A stretch of 63,907 nt of DNA from a virus (lineage: Duplodnaviria > Caudoviricetes). Below are positions 54,453 to 63,875 of this stretch, in pieces. Position 1 is the first letter of the stretch. Each line of letters begins with the position of its first letter. A model generated the notes under the pieces. The model saw only the letters and a program-made list of their open reading frames with translations. It did no database searches and was not told where the DNA came from. The stretch is taken from IMG/VR virus record IMGVR_UViG_3300021598_000858, positions 1-63,907 of that record. One strand, 5' to 3'. A program made the translations under genes and the position numbers.

Positions 54453-54863
54453 TTATTTCCCAACGATAAATGCATAGGTAACCTTTGAAGGAAACATAGT
54501 GTCAATGTCTTCTTCAGTAAGGTAGCCTTCATAAAAAGCAGCCATGATTGCAGCCTCATCAATTTGAGGAACCATCTTAACGCATTTATCTTTTAGACCT
54601 TTTTTAGTAAGAATGGTTTCTGCAAGGTCCATGTCTAAATTTTTAGAAACACGACGTTGCTTCATAATTTGAAGGTCGTCTTCTTCTGATGTATCTGTAG
54701 GAACGCTTAGTACAATATGACCGCGTTCATCTGTTGAACCAAACTCATCAATAGTTTTTGTAAGACGAGTTTTAAGTTCTGTCTGTCGCTTTGATAAAGT
54801 TTCTACTTCATCTTTTAAAGCAACGTACTGCTTGATATAAGCACGTACTGAGGTGACGTCCAT
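54453..54863 (-). CDS. Hypothetical protein
   Basis: 136 aa with coiled-coil N-terminus. A TTGACA-N18-TAGGTT promoter lies upstream (54898-54928). Confidence 0.65.
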   Translation of the reverse strand: MDVTSVRAYIKQYVALKDEVETLSKRQTELKTRLTKTIDEFGSTDERGHIVLSVPTDTSEEDDLQIMKQRRVSKNLDMDLAETILTKKGLKDKCVKMVPQIDEAAIMAAFYEGYLTEEDIDTMFPSKVTYAFIVGK

Positions 54864-54923
54864 GTAATCCCCTTTGGTTGTTGTTGTTTACATAGACAAC
54901 CTAATACAGGGGTGGGATACCTG

Positions 54924-55079
54924 TCAACTTATCTTTTTACGAGCCTCCGCGGCTGTATAACTGCGGAACCCAGTCTTACGTGGGTTCATGCTGCCAGGCT
55001 TCTTGTATCCAGAACCCTTGGGCATTGTCTCCTGACGCCACTTAAGAGCAGCGGCAACCTTATCGTGGTGTTTTCCCAT
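54924..55079 (-). CDS. Small basic protein (51 aa)
   Basis: Read by hand: MGKHHDKVAAALKWRQ...GYKKPGSMNPRK... Confidence 0.5.
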   Translation of the reverse strand: MGKHHDKVAAALKWRQETMPKGSGYKKPGSMNPRKTGFRSYTAAEARKKIS

Positions 55080-55229
55080 TTAATTATCTTCTTTAATATA
55101 GTTTTCAAGGGCTTCGATAATAATGCTGGTCACTGTAACCTTCTCAGCTGCAGCTTTCTTTTGGACCGCTGTCCACAGCTGGTCTGATACGCGGATAGTA
55201 CGCGTAGGGGTTTTAGGTGCGTTAGGCAT
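55080..55229 (-). CDS. Ribbon-helix-helix DNA-binding protein (49 aa)
   Basis: Read by hand: MPNAPKTPTRTIRVSDQLWTAVQKKAAAEKVTVTSIIIEALENYI. Confidence 0.75.
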   Translation of the reverse strand: MPNAPKTPTRTIRVSDQLWTAVQKKAAAEKVTVTSIIIEALENYIKEDN

Positions 55230-55271
55230 CCTTATAGTTTATTTACTATATGGCTGTATGTACTGCTAAAG

Positions 55272-55344
55272 CTGGCAGACTAGGGGTCGAACCTAGAGTC
55301 TCCTGGTCCAGAGCCAGGCGTGTTGCCAGTTACACCATCTGCCA
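55272..55344 (-). tRNA. tRNA-Gln (CTG), CCA not encoded
   Basis: Acceptor TGGCAGA/TCTGCCA, anticodon arm CCTGG-CTCTGGA-CCAGG, T-loop GTTCGAC. Confidence 0.9.
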
Positions 55345-55879
55345 ATAGTTTTACTTGCGGCTCCCACAGTATATCTTTACCACCATTCAGGTACCTAGCT
55401 AGGACAAACAGCAGGTCAGATAGCCTGTTGAGGTATTTAGCTATAAGAGGGTTGGTCTCCCTTTGGTTTACAGAATCCCAAACACAACGCTCTGCCCTAC
55501 GAACTATTGTTCTAGATAGGTGTAGGTAGGAAGAAGCCTTGCTCCCTGAAGGTAGTACAAAAGATTCCAGTGGCTTTAACTGGTCGTTGTACAAATCTAT
55601 ATTAGTTTCAAGATAAGTAATGTGAGCGTCTGTAACCGACACTTTTGGCGAAGCAAGGTCGGCACCCAAATCAAACAAATCGTTCTGTATATTCTTTAAC
55701 AAAGTGTAGACGTCTTCTTTATCTACATAACACATGGCAATACCAATAGATGAGTTTGCTTCATCGACTGTGCCTATAGCATTAAAGATTAAATCTTCTT
55801 TTGGATGACGGTCATTGCCTGCGAGCGCAGACGTGCCTGCATCACCAGTCTTTGTATATATCCTAGTTAATCTAACCAC
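55280..55879 (-). CDS. pduO: PduO-type cob(I)alamin adenosyltransferase
   Basis: RIYTKTGD.G, GTVDEANS.IG, IQNDLFDLGADLA, FVLPSG, RTIVRRAER, YLNRLSDLLFVLAR. Confidence 0.93.
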   Translation of the reverse strand: MVRLTRIYTKTGDAGTSALAGNDRHPKEDLIFNAIGTVDEANSSIGIAMCYVDKEDVYTLLKNIQNDLFDLGADLASPKVSVTDAHITYLETNIDLYNDQLKPLESFVLPSGSKASSYLHLSRTIVRRAERCVWDSVNQRETNPLIAKYLNRLSDLLFVLARYLNGGKDILWEPQVKLLADGVTGNTPGSGPGDSRFDP

Positions 55880-55880
55880 G

Positions 55881-55953
55881 AGCGGACGACGGGGCTCGAA
55901 CCCGCGGCCTAGACCTTGGCAAGGTCTCGCGCTACCAACTGCGCCACGTCCGC
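55881..55953 (-). tRNA. tRNA-Gly (GCC), CCA not encoded
   Basis: Acceptor GCGGACG/CGTCCGC, anticodon arm AGACC-TTGCCAA-GGTCT, GGTTCGAG. Confidence 0.92.
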
Positions 55954-55960
55954 AATACTG

Positions 55961-56033
55961 CTGTCTAGCCTGGGCTCGAACCAGGGACCTGGCGATTAAC
56001 AGTCGCCTGCTCTGCCAACTGAGCTACTAGACA
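55961..56033 (-). tRNA. tRNA-Asn (GTT), CCA not encoded
   Basis: Acceptor TGTCTAG/CTAGACA, anticodon arm GGCGA-CTGTTAA-TCGCC, GGTTCGAG. Confidence 0.92.
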
Positions 56034-57616
56034 ATTGCTGCTTGTAAAAACTGTTTTAGACTTCCAACACTTAACGGCATATTACCGTTATCATCAAACC
56101 CTTCGCCATCAATTACAGCGCTAGCCACTGCACTTTTCTGTTGTAGAGCTTCGTGTTGTCTTTCCTCTATAGAACCAGAGATAATAATATCCTGAATTAC
56201 TATTGTCGGCCAAGTTGATGACGCTCTTTGTATGCGGCCATTCCTTTGCGTTGCACTTCCCGAAGACCAAGGGAGGTCGTAATTGATAAGAAGATTAGCA
56301 GCAGGAAGGTCCACACCGTAACCCCCAGCGTCAGAACTAACCAGTACGCGTACGCTGGGATTATTATTGAAGTCAGTTTTGTTAAGTTCTTTAGTACGAG
56401 CATCTAATTTACCTGAGTACTTTCTGCACATGTCTTCGCCAAATGCTGCGACTATCTTATCAAGCATGTCAACATAGGTTGCAAAGACAACCACTTTGTT
56501 GTTGTCATCCTGTTCTAGGTGGTCTTTTACATACTGGATTAAGTAGTCTAGTTTTGGTGAAGAAACAATGCCATCTAGTGAACCGCTGTCCACAAGCTCT
56601 GCAATGTAAGCGGAGCCTTCTCCACCCATCTGTTTAAACTTAGCCGCACTTGTTTTTAATAACTCGGGGTGCGAGCAGAGCATTTTTAATGCGCCAATCT
56701 TAGACATAATTTTTCCACGCATCTCATCCTCAGGACCACCACGTCTAGACTCTAACCCGTAGTGAGCCATGATGTTAAAGTTGCTGCCAAATAAATCTTG
56801 AGCTTCGTCTAAATCTGATAAAAGATTTTCTACTATGCGTGTATATAACTTAGAGGTCTTTCTATCAAAAAATATTTTTGCTGGTTCTTTGTGAATAGTG
56901 TCGGGAAGATAGGGGGCAACGTCTGGGTCTTTCTGTGCTTTACGTACAGAAGCCTCTTTCATCTTCTCATGTAAAGTCTTTAAGTTGCGATAATACTGCG
57001 GTGCGCCCCAAGAGTTTCTTACAATAAAAGCAGCATCAAAGATGTCAAACCTACCAAGTACGTTGGCGTCAACGAACTGCATAATGCTGTACAGCTCTTC
57101 AGGCTTGCCATTTTCAATAGGGGTACCAGTGAGCGCGAACCTGTAGGGGGAGTTGACAAGTTTTTTAACTGCTCTGGAGCGTTTAGATTTAAAAGACTTG
57201 ATTGCTGTGGCTTCGTCAAGGACGACAAATCCTCGCGGTAATTCTTTGACGTAGTCCCAGTCGTTAACAATCTGCTCGTAGTTAAGAATGATGTAATCAA
57301 TACCTGTATTACGCCAGTCGATGGCTTCAGCGTACTGCTCTGCTCTTTGCTTCGGCGTTCCATCCACAACCAAAGAGTGTGAAGTTCCATTAGTAAATTT
57401 CTCAATCTGATTAGCCCATTGATATTTCAATGAGGATAAGCAAATTATAAGGCCTGGTTCTTTAATTTTGTTCTCATCCATAAGGCGCTCTATAGCGGCA
57501 ATGGTTAGAACAGTTTTTCCCAACCCTAAGTCATAGGCGACAAGCATCCTGCCTCGTTGGCACATCCTGTCTACAGCCTCAGGTTGATAAGGCAGAAGGG
57601 TTCCTGTAAATGTCAC
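56027..57616 (-). CDS. SNF2-family helicase
   Basis: L.PYQ, DLGLGKT, LDEAT.IK, LTGTPIEN...EL, AGGYGVDL..A, Q..GRI.R. Confidence 0.9.
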   Translation of the reverse strand: MTFTGTLLPYQPEAVDRMCQRGRMLVAYDLGLGKTVLTIAAIERLMDENKIKEPGLIICLSSLKYQWANQIEKFTNGTSHSLVVDGTPKQRAEQYAEAIDWRNTGIDYIILNYEQIVNDWDYVKELPRGFVVLDEATAIKSFKSKRSRAVKKLVNSPYRFALTGTPIENGKPEELYSIMQFVDANVLGRFDIFDAAFIVRNSWGAPQYYRNLKTLHEKMKEASVRKAQKDPDVAPYLPDTIHKEPAKIFFDRKTSKLYTRIVENLLSDLDEAQDLFGSNFNIMAHYGLESRRGGPEDEMRGKIMSKIGALKMLCSHPELLKTSAAKFKQMGGEGSAYIAELVDSGSLDGIVSSPKLDYLIQYVKDHLEQDDNNKVVVFATYVDMLDKIVAAFGEDMCRKYSGKLDARTKELNKTDFNNNPSVRVLVSSDAGGYGVDLPAANLLINYDLPWSSGSATQRNGRIQRASSTWPTIVIQDIIISGSIEERQHEALQQKSAVASAVIDGEGFDDNGNMPLSVGSLKQFLQAAIV

Positions 57617-57852
57617 AGAGGTATCTCGTTAACTCTATCTTTAGACCAATGGACATAAGACCTAATATAGACAAGAGCGTAGGCAAGAGCAGAGAAGATA
57701 AAACCGTACTGGTCAGTAGTTAGCGCGTAACCAATCCACAAGACTTCGTTAAAAAGAAGCACTAGCCAGCCCCAGATAGTTTTACGTCCAACAAAATAGA
57801 TTCCTCCGACACCTATAACGGCAAGGACCCAGGACCCATACTCCATAATCAT
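57613..57852 (-). CDS. Small membrane protein (half-size PnuC-like)
   Basis: Three TM segments; GRK..WGWL...NE.LW..Y. Confidence 0.55.
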   Translation of the reverse strand: MIMEYGSWVLAVIGVGGIYFVGRKTIWGWLVLLFNEVLWIGYALTTDQYGFIFSALAYALVYIRSYVHWSKDRVNEIPL

Positions 57853-58397
57853 ACGTATGCTCTCATGCGAACATTAACTAATGCCCGCAGGTCTTCAATG
57901 GTGCCTGCGTTATAAAAAATTTGGTCTACTTTGTAGTCTTCCATCTCAGACTCTGATACATGGTTATTGACTGGGCCGTATCCAGGTCTCTTTACCCTCC
58001 AAAGCTGGGAGTCTGGAAACATCTTTATAGCCTCTGCTTCATTTACAAAACGAACGTCTGTAATAACGACCTTGTCTCCTTCAGAAATTTTAGTTGGGCT
58101 AAGCGCCTGAGCTACCCAGAACAATTCTCCAAATTGATTACGAGCAGCAACTCCCACGTTCTGTAAAAGTCTACGAACAGACTGATTTTGTTTAGCGTTT
58201 TCCCAACCATCTCTATCAACAACAGTACGTAGAAGAGTGTCTTCGTTAGCGACGTGACCAATTACTGGGTTTACCTCATAGCAGAAATCACGTATAGGGT
58301 CAGCAAAAGCAACACGTTTAAATCCATATTGTTCTACAAGTATGTTTGCTAAAGTGTCTTTTCCTGATTGGGCGTAGCCAGTTAATCCAATAATCAT
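57849..58397 (-). CDS. Deoxynucleoside monophosphate kinase
   Basis: IIGLTGYAQSGKDT, AFADP, R.LLQ..G, VITDVRF.NE, H.SE. Confidence 0.88.
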   Translation of the reverse strand: MIIGLTGYAQSGKDTLANILVEQYGFKRVAFADPIRDFCYEVNPVIGHVANEDTLLRTVVDRDGWENAKQNQSVRRLLQNVGVAARNQFGELFWVAQALSPTKISEGDKVVITDVRFVNEAEAIKMFPDSQLWRVKRPGYGPVNNHVSESEMEDYKVDQIFYNAGTIEDLRALVNVRMRAYV

Positions 58398-58891
58398 GTT
58401 CCGTCCCAGTCTCCTATTTTTGTAGTTGGAATGCCGTATTCAGACCAAAGTCTAATGACATTTGGGTTATCGTCAACTGCATGTTCAACATCCCAAAAAA
58501 GTCTGATGTGTTCTAATATGTCTTTTTTGACCTCATAGTCAGGTCTGTAGTCTTTATTACCTCGCATGAACAAAGCTTGATGTGGGATGTTTGCCACATC
58601 TGCTAACCAGTACGAAGTGTGTGAACGCCACTCCTCTCGTCTAGCAGTTACTACAAGGATGTCTTTGTCTTTGGTAATAGCGGTCCAAACCATATCCACC
58701 ACGTGTTCGTGGAAAGGAACGTGGATAGACTCTCTGTGAAACTTATCAAAATCTTTTTTAAAGTTATCGTTGTCGTCTTTGTTTACTATGTACTTTAATA
58801 TTGAATCTACGTTAGCCAGTGTTCCATCTACGTCAACTATCCAAGCTGGTCTTTTCTTTATTCGACGTTTTCTTTTGACCAAATTTTCCAC
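58394..58891 (-). CDS. HAD phosphatase, polynucleotide kinase 3'-phosphatase-like
   Basis: DVDGTLA, VTAR, T..WL, LFMR...DYRPD..VK, DD...VI..W. Confidence 0.85.
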   Translation of the reverse strand: MENLVKRKRRIKKRPAWIVDVDGTLANVDSILKYIVNKDDNDNFKKDFDKFHRESIHVPFHEHVVDMVWTAITKDKDILVVTARREEWRSHTSYWLADVANIPHQALFMRGNKDYRPDYEVKKDILEHIRLFWDVEHAVDDNPNVIRLWSEYGIPTTKIGDWDGT

Positions 58892-58963
58892 TCCTCTGCA
58901 AGCTCTGCAATATCAATTGATGGGTAGTGTCCCCATTCGTGCAGGTGCTCAATAAAATCTTCA

Positions 58964-59920
58964 TCAGCTATTAATAGGGGAAGCATACTCTCCATGTAAA
59001 GCCTTCTTTCCGTTTACCATGTGTCTTGCATTCTCTAAACCATAGACTATCTCAGATTTGCTCATAGCACCAACGTCCTTCATGTCTGTTTGGTTGTAGT
59101 TAAAGAACCAAGCATCTACTCCATACTCCTGACATAAAATTAATAAGTTGACCGATGACTCTTTTCCCGCCTGGTCATTGTCCATAGCAAAAATAAGCCT
59201 ATCAGCTCCACGCATAATGTTGAATTGTTGCATAGAGACTATGGCGCCGTAGGTGCTCACTCCACCTGATATACCCACTGATGCAAGCCTTACTACATCT
59301 AAAGGTGACTCAACCACAATCATGTCTCCGCCCTTGTATTGCTTGTATCCAAACAAAGCGTTGCTCTTTGGAACACCGACTGGTTGATTTCTAAAAAACC
59401 TAGAGGTGTGGCCCTTCTCTTGCCAACCAAGAAGCTTGTGGGTGTGTGGGTCTCTTATAACAGTAACCCAATTGCTATGGCGCTCACTCCAAAGAACTTC
59501 ATACTCTTGCGCTGCTGGCAGTGTTAAGCCTCTTGCTTTAAGAGCATCAGCTGGCGGGTCGCCAAAAGCAGCCAGCATCGATTCGGTTATAAACGTTAAC
59601 TCTTCAAAAACTTTCTTTGGTTTGATTGCTTTTTGTAAAGAAGCCGCAAGGTTAGTTGTCCCGTCATTAAGCCACTCTTTTGATTTTTCATAGTCCCATT
59701 TTTGAATATAGGAAACCAGGGACAACAGTCCGCCTTTGTAGTGGCATGAAAAACAGATATGTGCACCAGTGTCTGAGTTAATCCACCACGATGGGTTACG
59801 GTCTTCGTGACCTGTTCTCTCAACGTGTGCAGGACAATAGCTTTGGATTTCTGAACCTCTAGTGGATACGACTTCAAGTCCGAGCCTTTCTAAAGTATCT
59901 TCCATCTCTTCTAATGTCAT
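58964..59920 (-). CDS. DNA primase (Zn finger + TOPRIM)
   Basis: CPAH...D.NPSW...CFSC; VVESPLD; MDND.AG; KDVG. Confidence 0.88.
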   Translation of the reverse strand: MTLEEMEDTLERLGLEVVSTRGSEIQSYCPAHVERTGHEDRNPSWWINSDTGAHICFSCHYKGGLLSLVSYIQKWDYEKSKEWLNDGTTNLAASLQKAIKPKKVFEELTFITESMLAAFGDPPADALKARGLTLPAAQEYEVLWSERHSNWVTVIRDPHTHKLLGWQEKGHTSRFFRNQPVGVPKSNALFGYKQYKGGDMIVVESPLDVVRLASVGISGGVSTYGAIVSMQQFNIMRGADRLIFAMDNDQAGKESSVNLLILCQEYGVDAWFFNYNQTDMKDVGAMSKSEIVYGLENARHMVNGKKALHGEYASPINS

Positions 59921-61140
59921 AGGTCATCGCTTTCAAGCTCTCTAAACTGGCCCGTGTTCCAGTCCCACATAAGGGTAACTTCTCCACGTCCAGAGTTACG
60001 GCTGTCAAGAATCTTTAACACACGTGTGTCATCTACTGCTTCGTCTTCTCGTTGCAAACCAAAGATTACATCGGCGTCTTGGTGAAAAGAAGAAGAGTAA
60101 CCAATTGAGTCAGCAGTTACTTGTCCCTTTTTCATCTTCCACTTCAAAGCCTGAGTCGAGATAACAATAGGCACTTTAAATCTTTGAGCCATACGTTTCA
60201 ATGAACGGGTAATGTTAGTAATGGCTTGTGGAGTGTTTGCTTCTCCAGTCTGTTCATCAATCATCAAGTAAGTACCATCAATAAATACAACGTCTGGGTG
60301 TAAAACCTGTATTTTGCTTGAGATACCTGTTACTGTCATACCCGCAGCTGAGTCAACTAACCAAAACTTTTCTCGCATTTTTTCAATGCTGGCAAGCTTA
60401 GCTTTATAACGACCCTCTTCTTCTGGGGTTAATAAACCGTTGATAAGTCTAGAGTGAGATATACGTGCTCTCATAGCATCGTAACGAGTTAGTTGTTCAT
60501 GGTTGCTCATCTCAAAAGATTGAAACATAACTCGTTTATCTTTCATGTGAACATTCTGAGCAATCTGCAAAGCAAGTGTTGACTTACCTGTTTTAGGTGG
60601 AGCAACAATAACAATTAACTGACCGTTTTGAAGCCCTCCTGTTGCTGAATCCATAGTATGGAACCCTGTTGCTACTCCAAGTAGTCCTGGGTTGTTCTTT
60701 CTGTATTCGTATTCGTCGTAACGCTTTTGCGCATCAATTGTTAAATCTAAATCGCTGGTGCCACTAAGTCCATCAGACTCTAATTGACTAAGACTTGATT
60801 GGATGGCAAGTAGTGCTGTTTCGTGGTCCTGTTGTTCTATGTGTTTGATAGCGGTGTCAACCATCTTTATGGTTGAAGCTCTACGACGCTCATCAACTAC
60901 TGCATCTACAAGGTACTCAAGGCTATCTTGTACCTGAACTAATTTGTAGTTTGGATAGTTAGAACTAATAACATCAAGGCTTGGAACTTCTCCGTAAGCA
61001 AAATAATGCTCGCGTACTAGCTTCCATACGTTTTTATTTTCTGGGTCTACAAACCACTGGTCGTTCGCACCTTTATCAAACAGTACGGTGATAGACCTGT
61101 CCTGTAGTACTTTACTTAGTAATCGCGTTTCGTTATTCAT
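59917..61140 (-). CDS. dnaB: DnaB-like replicative helicase
   Basis: TGF..MD..TGGLQ.GQL, APPKTGKS, SFEMS, FIDG.YLM, QDADVI. Confidence 0.9.
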   Translation of the reverse strand: MNNETRLLSKVLQDRSITVLFDKGANDQWFVDPENKNVWKLVREHYFAYGEVPSLDVISSNYPNYKLVQVQDSLEYLVDAVVDERRRASTIKMVDTAIKHIEQQDHETALLAIQSSLSQLESDGLSGTSDLDLTIDAQKRYDEYEYRKNNPGLLGVATGFHTMDSATGGLQNGQLIVIVAPPKTGKSTLALQIAQNVHMKDKRVMFQSFEMSNHEQLTRYDAMRARISHSRLINGLLTPEEEGRYKAKLASIEKMREKFWLVDSAAGMTVTGISSKIQVLHPDVVFIDGTYLMIDEQTGEANTPQAITNITRSLKRMAQRFKVPIVISTQALKWKMKKGQVTADSIGYSSSFHQDADVIFGLQREDEAVDDTRVLKILDSRNSGRGEVTLMWDWNTGQFRELESDDL

Positions 61141-61544
61141 AGTTCGTTTATGTTACGTCCCCAGTGCCCGTACATTAGCATCCTTGATTGTATATCAACG
61201 ACACCAACAACCTCGGGTCTGAGTGGTAACTCTTGCACCAAGTGTTGTACCGATTGGTATGCCGTAAAGTATCTAAATGGATTGGTACCTAGTCTGTCAA
61301 GTCCATCAACAAATTTTTCTAAATCAGTTTCATTAAGCTCATAAGAAATAAGCTCTAGAGTTGTCCCTGTCCTAGATGTGTACAGGTATAGCCAACTAAG
61401 CACGCCTCTATCAATTTTTTTATCTACCTTTATGGTAGGAATAATTTTAAACTTACGTTGCTTTGTAAGTTCAATGCGTGAAAATATATCTGTAGTAACG
61501 AGTATTCTTTTTGGCAGTTCGTTACTTATGTCCCCGTTCTTCAC
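61137..61544 (-). CDS. Hypothetical protein
   Basis: 135 aa starting MKNGDISN, in the replication operon. Confidence 0.6.
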   Translation of the reverse strand: MKNGDISNELPKRILVTTDIFSRIELTKQRKFKIIPTIKVDKKIDRGVLSWLYLYTSRTGTTLELISYELNETDLEKFVDGLDRLGTNPFRYFTAYQSVQHLVQELPLRPEVVGVVDIQSRMLMYGHWGRNINEL

Positions 61545-61548
61545 GGGA

Positions 61549-61863
61549 TTAGAATACCTCTATCTTGCCGAACTTAATAATAAATTCACGGAACTTAGAG
61601 TTAGATATCCGCGCTTGGTCTGCATCGTCTTTGGATGCACGATTAGAAATCTCTAGAGGATAGTTTCCATTATTGTTTTCAATACGGGCTTTTACAAACT
61701 TTGTGTGTTTGCAGGAACCTCGTCCATTGAATCCTGGGCATGTGCAGAACAATCTCTCGGTTCCTTCTTGAACCGATACTTCGTAGATGCCAGGTCCAGG
61801 GGTTTGAGTTTGACTCAAGAACACCTGAACTAGTCTTAGTTCTTCATTCACCGCATTCCTCAT
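61549..61863 (-). CDS. SWIM zinc-finger protein
   Basis: YEV...CTCPGF..R..CKH. Confidence 0.8.
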   Translation of the reverse strand: MRNAVNEELRLVQVFLSQTQTPGPGIYEVSVQEGTERLFCTCPGFNGRGSCKHTKFVKARIENNNGNYPLEISNRASKDDADQARISNSKFREFIIKFGKIEVF

Positions 61864-62549
61864 CGACGTAGGTCTCCTTTTTCTGCCACGACTGGTAGGT
61901 AAGCAAACGCCCCGCGTGCGAAACTTTCTGTCGCATCACCGTAGAGGCCTGCCCAATCTTCTAGTTTTACGTTTGTTGTTACGATAGTTGGTAGTCCATT
62001 GTTGTAACGAGTGCGAAGAAGATGATGAAGCATATTCTTCTGCCACCCAGAGAGCCCCGCATGTTCCTTTCCAACATCGTCTAGAACAAGTATACGAATG
62101 TTGTAGGCGTCTGCCAAGCATTCTCCTAAGACACCATGATAGAGGGTGTCCTGAGCATCTGTCGGGTCATCCATCATGGAACCTTTTAACTCTAAAAAGT
62201 CATTAAAAGTCATGAAATAGCAAGGTTTTATCAGAGTATCCCCAGGCTTTACACCAAAAGCATCTAGTGGAAGTCTAAGCATCATCTCTTGAATAGCTGA
62301 TAAGGCTAGCGTTGTTTTACCTCTGCCAGGGTTTCCATCTAACAACAACCCTTTGCCACAAGATTTATTACCTGTAGCTCTAATGATTACGCCTTTACTT
62401 ACAGCGGTAATCCATTTGCGAATATTTTCAACATCCGATGGGTCAGACTCTACGCAATCCTCTAATATCCAACCCTGCATAGCAGGAGGAATGTTTGCTG
62501 CTTGTATCCAAGTACGGCGACGAATCTTTTGTTCTTCTAGTTTATACAT
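61860..62549 (-). CDS. DnaC/IstB-like ATPase (helicase loader)
   Basis: GLLL.GNPGRGKT, LVLDDVGKE, R.RYN..LPTIVTTN. Confidence 0.85.
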   Translation of the reverse strand: MYKLEEQKIRRRTWIQAANIPPAMQGWILEDCVESDPSDVENIRKWITAVSKGVIIRATGNKSCGKGLLLDGNPGRGKTTLALSAIQEMMLRLPLDAFGVKPGDTLIKPCYFMTFNDFLELKGSMMDDPTDAQDTLYHGVLGECLADAYNIRILVLDDVGKEHAGLSGWQKNMLHHLLRTRYNNGLPTIVTTNVKLEDWAGLYGDATESFARGAFAYLPVVAEKGDLRR

Positions 62550-63483
62550 CTAGACCTTCCCATGATTTAGCAGCTTGCTCTCGTAATGCTACAACATCAT
62601 CATCAGTTCTTAAAGAAGCCTTTGTGTCATTAAGCATTTGCGGTGCTCGCTTGATAAACATACGCCATATGAGGTCGGGGTTGTCAAGTCCCTTATCATG
62701 CCTAATCGTAGAAAAAAATCTATCAATCAGTTTCTTTTCAATAGCGCCATCGGTGTGGTGGTTCATTCTTAGAGTTTCAATAGCACCTTTGAAAGCACTA
62801 CGACTAGTCCACTCAGGAATGCGCCAGTTCATTTGTTTCATCTGGTCAGCAAAGTATTCTGCTAACTGAGTTGGAGTCCAATCCTCAACGGGGCGGGAGG
62901 CGATGTGTTTAATCTTATCTACCCTACGAGACTCCTTGTTCTCGCGGCGCTTTGCCCTTTTCTTTTCTTCCCACTTTTTCTTTTCGGCATCGGCATCATC
63001 TGGGTCGAGTGGCGTGCTTCCTAGCATTTGGTCTCCAATCTTTAGTGGCACCTTTTCAAATTCTTCTCTTTCGTCGGACTCCGTCCGACCCTCTTTTAAT
63101 ATCGAATTAGCTCTCTTACTATACGGAGTATTAGCTGAGTAGCTATTCTGTGAAATGGAGTTGCCTATTTTAGGAGACGGTCCGTCTGCCTTTTTGGATG
63201 TCCGTCCGTCTGCCTTTTTGGCATACCGTGAAGCGTACTTAACCCCAGCTTCAGTAATCAAAACCTCTGACCAGTACTGACCAGTCTGGCCTCTGCCCTT
63301 ATTCAGGTCTATAAGGCCATTAGAGCGGAGCTCCTGTAGGCCTGTGTAGATTCCCTTAATACCCGTCTCAAATGCCTCTGAGAGGCCCTCAGCGCCCCGT
63401 AGAGCCCCGAAGGAGTGTATGTGCATGAGGAGACCTAGGGCCTTAGGGCTTAGGGGTTTCATTGGCTTTTTTCCATTCCTCAA
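62542..63483 (-). CDS. Putative replication initiator (N-terminal winged HTH)
   Basis: LSPKALGLL...L.EL...GLI N-terminus, low-complexity linker with DNA repeats, directly upstream of the DnaC-like gene. Confidence 0.55.
   Translation of the reverse strand: MRNGKKPMKPLSPKALGLLMHIHSFGALRGAEGLSEAFETGIKGIYTGLQELRSNGLIDLNKGRGQTGQYWSEVLITEAGVKYASRYAKKADGRTSKKADGPSPKIGNSISQNSYSANTPYSKRANSILKEGRTESDEREEFEKVPLKIGDQMLGSTPLDPDDADAEKKKWEEKKRAKRRENKESRRVDKIKHIASRPVEDWTPTQLAEYFADQMKQMNWRIPEWTSRSAFKGAIETLRMNHHTDGAIEKKLIDRFFSTIRHDKGLDNPDLIWRMFIKRAPQMLNDTKASLRTDDDVVALREQAAKSWEGLDV
63180..63221 (+). repeat. 18-bp direct repeat x2 (24-bp period), iteron-like
   Basis: GTCCGTCTGCCTTTTTGG at 63180 and 63204; partial third copy at ~63162. 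Confidence 0.75.
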
Positions 63484-63524
63484 TCAACACCTTAGCAAAG
63501 ATACGGGCAACCGCTTCAACGCCC

Positions 63525-63875
63525 TCATATAGGCCGTGGTCCAAGGCCATTGGTTAAATCAAAGCATGGAATATTTGCATCTCGGCAGTAAGTCAATATG
63601 ACCTGTGAGTCATTGTCTTCATCTGCCCATAAAATAAAAGCAGATGGGTTATTTCCTTTAGCCTCATCAGCGGCGGCAGCAAATGGTTCTGTTGTTAGTA
63701 CAACACTGGATGATGGAATGTTGTCATATGTTGCGCCTTCTGGTGCAAAGATAACAATATCTTTTCCATTGTCTTTTGAGTATTGGGCAGCAAACACCTG
63801 TCCTTGAGATGGTTTCTCAGTGTATGGAAGAAGCAGTGTTCCGCCATCACCACCAGCATAATAATAATCTTCCAT
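63525..63875 (-). CDS. Hypothetical protein (start and end uncertain)
   Basis: 116-aa ORF at the window edge. Confidence 0.4.
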   Translation of the reverse strand: MEDYYYAGGDGGTLLLPYTEKPSQGQVFAAQYSKDNGKDIVIFAPEGATYDNIPSSSVVLTTEPFAAAADEAKGNNPSAFILWADEDNDSQVILTYCRDANIPCFDLTNGLGPRPI

